Shown here piece by piece: positions 62,500-64,000 of a stretch of 64,000 bases of DNA. This DNA comes from Mobula hypostoma. Its lineage: Eukaryota. The position numbers and the translations under genes were made by a program. Position 1 is the first letter of the stretch, and the number at the start of each line of letters is the position of its first letter. The notes beneath the pieces were generated by a model. That model saw only the letters and a program-made list of their open reading frames with translations. It was not told where the DNA came from and searched no databases. Where the stretch lies: the NCBI RefSeq assembly GCF_963921235.1, contig NC_086108.1, positions 47,494,001 to 47,558,000 of the forward strand. The letters run 5' to 3'.

Positions 62500-64000
62500 T
62501 TTGCAGTATTTGCCTTTTTGTTGGCTACATGGAAATGTCCAAGTTCCAAGCCTACAGTAATAACACTTCCCAACTCTTTCTCTGCTACACTGATGACGGC
62601 ATTGGTGCTATTTCATGCACCTATGCTGAGCTCGTCAATTTCATCAACTTCTACTTTGCCCTCAAATTTACTTGGTCCATCTCTAACACCTCTCTCCACT
62701 TTCCTGATTTCTTTGTATCCATCTCTGGAGAAAAATTAACCACCAATCTTTTTACAAACCCACTGAGACCCACAGTTACCCTGACTATACCTTATCCTAC
62801 CCGGTCACTTGTAAAAATGGTATTCCCTTCTCAGTTTCTTCACTGCCTCTGTTTCCATGATGACTCTTTCCATTCCATATCATCTGAGATGTTGTCTTCG
62901 AAATCAGAATCATGTGTGGTGAAATTTAACTTTATTCAGACAACAGGGTTTCCCTTCCACCAGTATTGATGCTGCCCTCAGCCATACCTCCTCCATTTCC
63001 TGCATGTCTGACCTCACCCCAGACACCCCCTCCCCAACTTTACAAGGATAGGGCTCCCCCCTTCCTCATCTACATCTCTTCAGGAGCCTTTGCAACCAAC
63101 ACATTATTCTCTGTGACATGCCATTCCCAATGGGATCCCACTACCAAGCACAATTCCCTACCCCACTCTCCGCAGGGATTTCTCTCTCCATGACTATTAG
63201 AAGAGGAGACCCTACAGACAGAGAATGCTTTAGTTATCATCTTTCAAAATTCTATAAATCCTGGAATGGTTCCTTCATATTGGAGGGTCGCTGACTTCTG
63301 TGAGAGGAAAAAATGAGTGAATGTAAGGGAAAAGAATGTGATATTCCAGGGACATAGGAAATAATAATACTGAGCAAAGACGACACAAACGATGACAGAG
63401 AAGTCACTTTGAGGATATATCCAGTGAAATAGGTGAGGGAAAAGTCAGTGGATGTGGAGAGTTTGACTTTTCAGAAGACTTGTCCAGAGGAAGCTGGTGA
63501 ACACAGATGGAAACTGAAACATTTAATATTTTGCAGGTCAATGGGACCAGGCAGATTAATAGCTTGGGATGGATCAGATGGGTTGATGGACCTGTACCTG
63601 TGCAGTAATGCTCTAGGACGATGACTCTGTAACCACTTAGTCCGCCCATCCTGCCCCAGCCTACTTCATCATCTGTCCATACTGATGGACACCTGCCTTT
63701 CCTGACACTTATCCCTGCAACCCAGCTAAGTGCTACACCTTCCCAGTGGCCACACATTTCAATTCCACTTCCCATGTCTGTCTATGGCCTCCTCTAGTGT
63801 TACAATGAGGCCAGACGCAGGTTGGAGGAGCAACTCCTCATATTCTGTCTTGGTTGTTTCCAGTGTGACACATGAACGTCATGAATTTTTCTAACTTCCA
63901 GTAATCGTTCCCCTCCGTTCCTCTCCCGCCCCCCACTGTTTTCTCTTATTCTTGTGGTTCTCTTACCCTTTCTCTTTGCCTCCCCTACCCTCATGACCTG
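62500..64000 (+). mobile_element. Penelope-like element remnants (RT C-terminal part and GIY-YIG end), interrupted by CR1 debris
   Basis: LFLCYTDDGIGA (RYIDD-like), LKFTWSIS..SLHFPD, QWDPTTKH; cagtggccacacatttcaattcc...ttggaggagcaac near 63740-63900. Confidence 0.75.

Noticed and set aside
1..64000. Prokaryotic systems (CRISPR arrays, operons, retrons, defence islands)
   Set aside because: The sequence is intron-containing vertebrate DNA. All RT motifs belong to non-LTR or Penelope retroelements, and no regularly spaced repeat array was seen.

Overview
Eukaryotic (vertebrate) genomic DNA, most likely a cartilaginous fish such as a ray; the taxon is inferred only from the repeat families. The window holds the last four coding exons of RNF2 (RING1B, the PRC1 H2A ubiquitin ligase) on the + strand (670-885, 6151-6429, 22796-22967, 27462-27563). 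The last coding exon of TRMT1L lies on the - strand (53008-53275), tail-to-tail with RNF2 as in human. Much of the rest is transposable elements: CR1 LINEs (some with esterase-type ORF1 remnants), Rex1/Babar-like LINEs, V-domain SINEs, Penelope-like remnants, a deleted hAT (Charlie/Buster-type) element, a Tc1/mariner-type MITE and an RTE-like SINE. A very young 5'-truncated L1 with an open ORF2 and a perfect 14-bp TSD sits in an RNF2 intron. The most unusual signals are (i) short TSD-flanked Penelope-derived inserts carrying minimal type I hammerhead ribozyme cores, including a perfect 86-bp hairpin at 42927-43109, and (ii) a U6 snRNA retrocopy fused directly to a Tx1-like RT fragment. Boundaries of old repeats are approximate. 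Family names come from motif recognition, not a database search.
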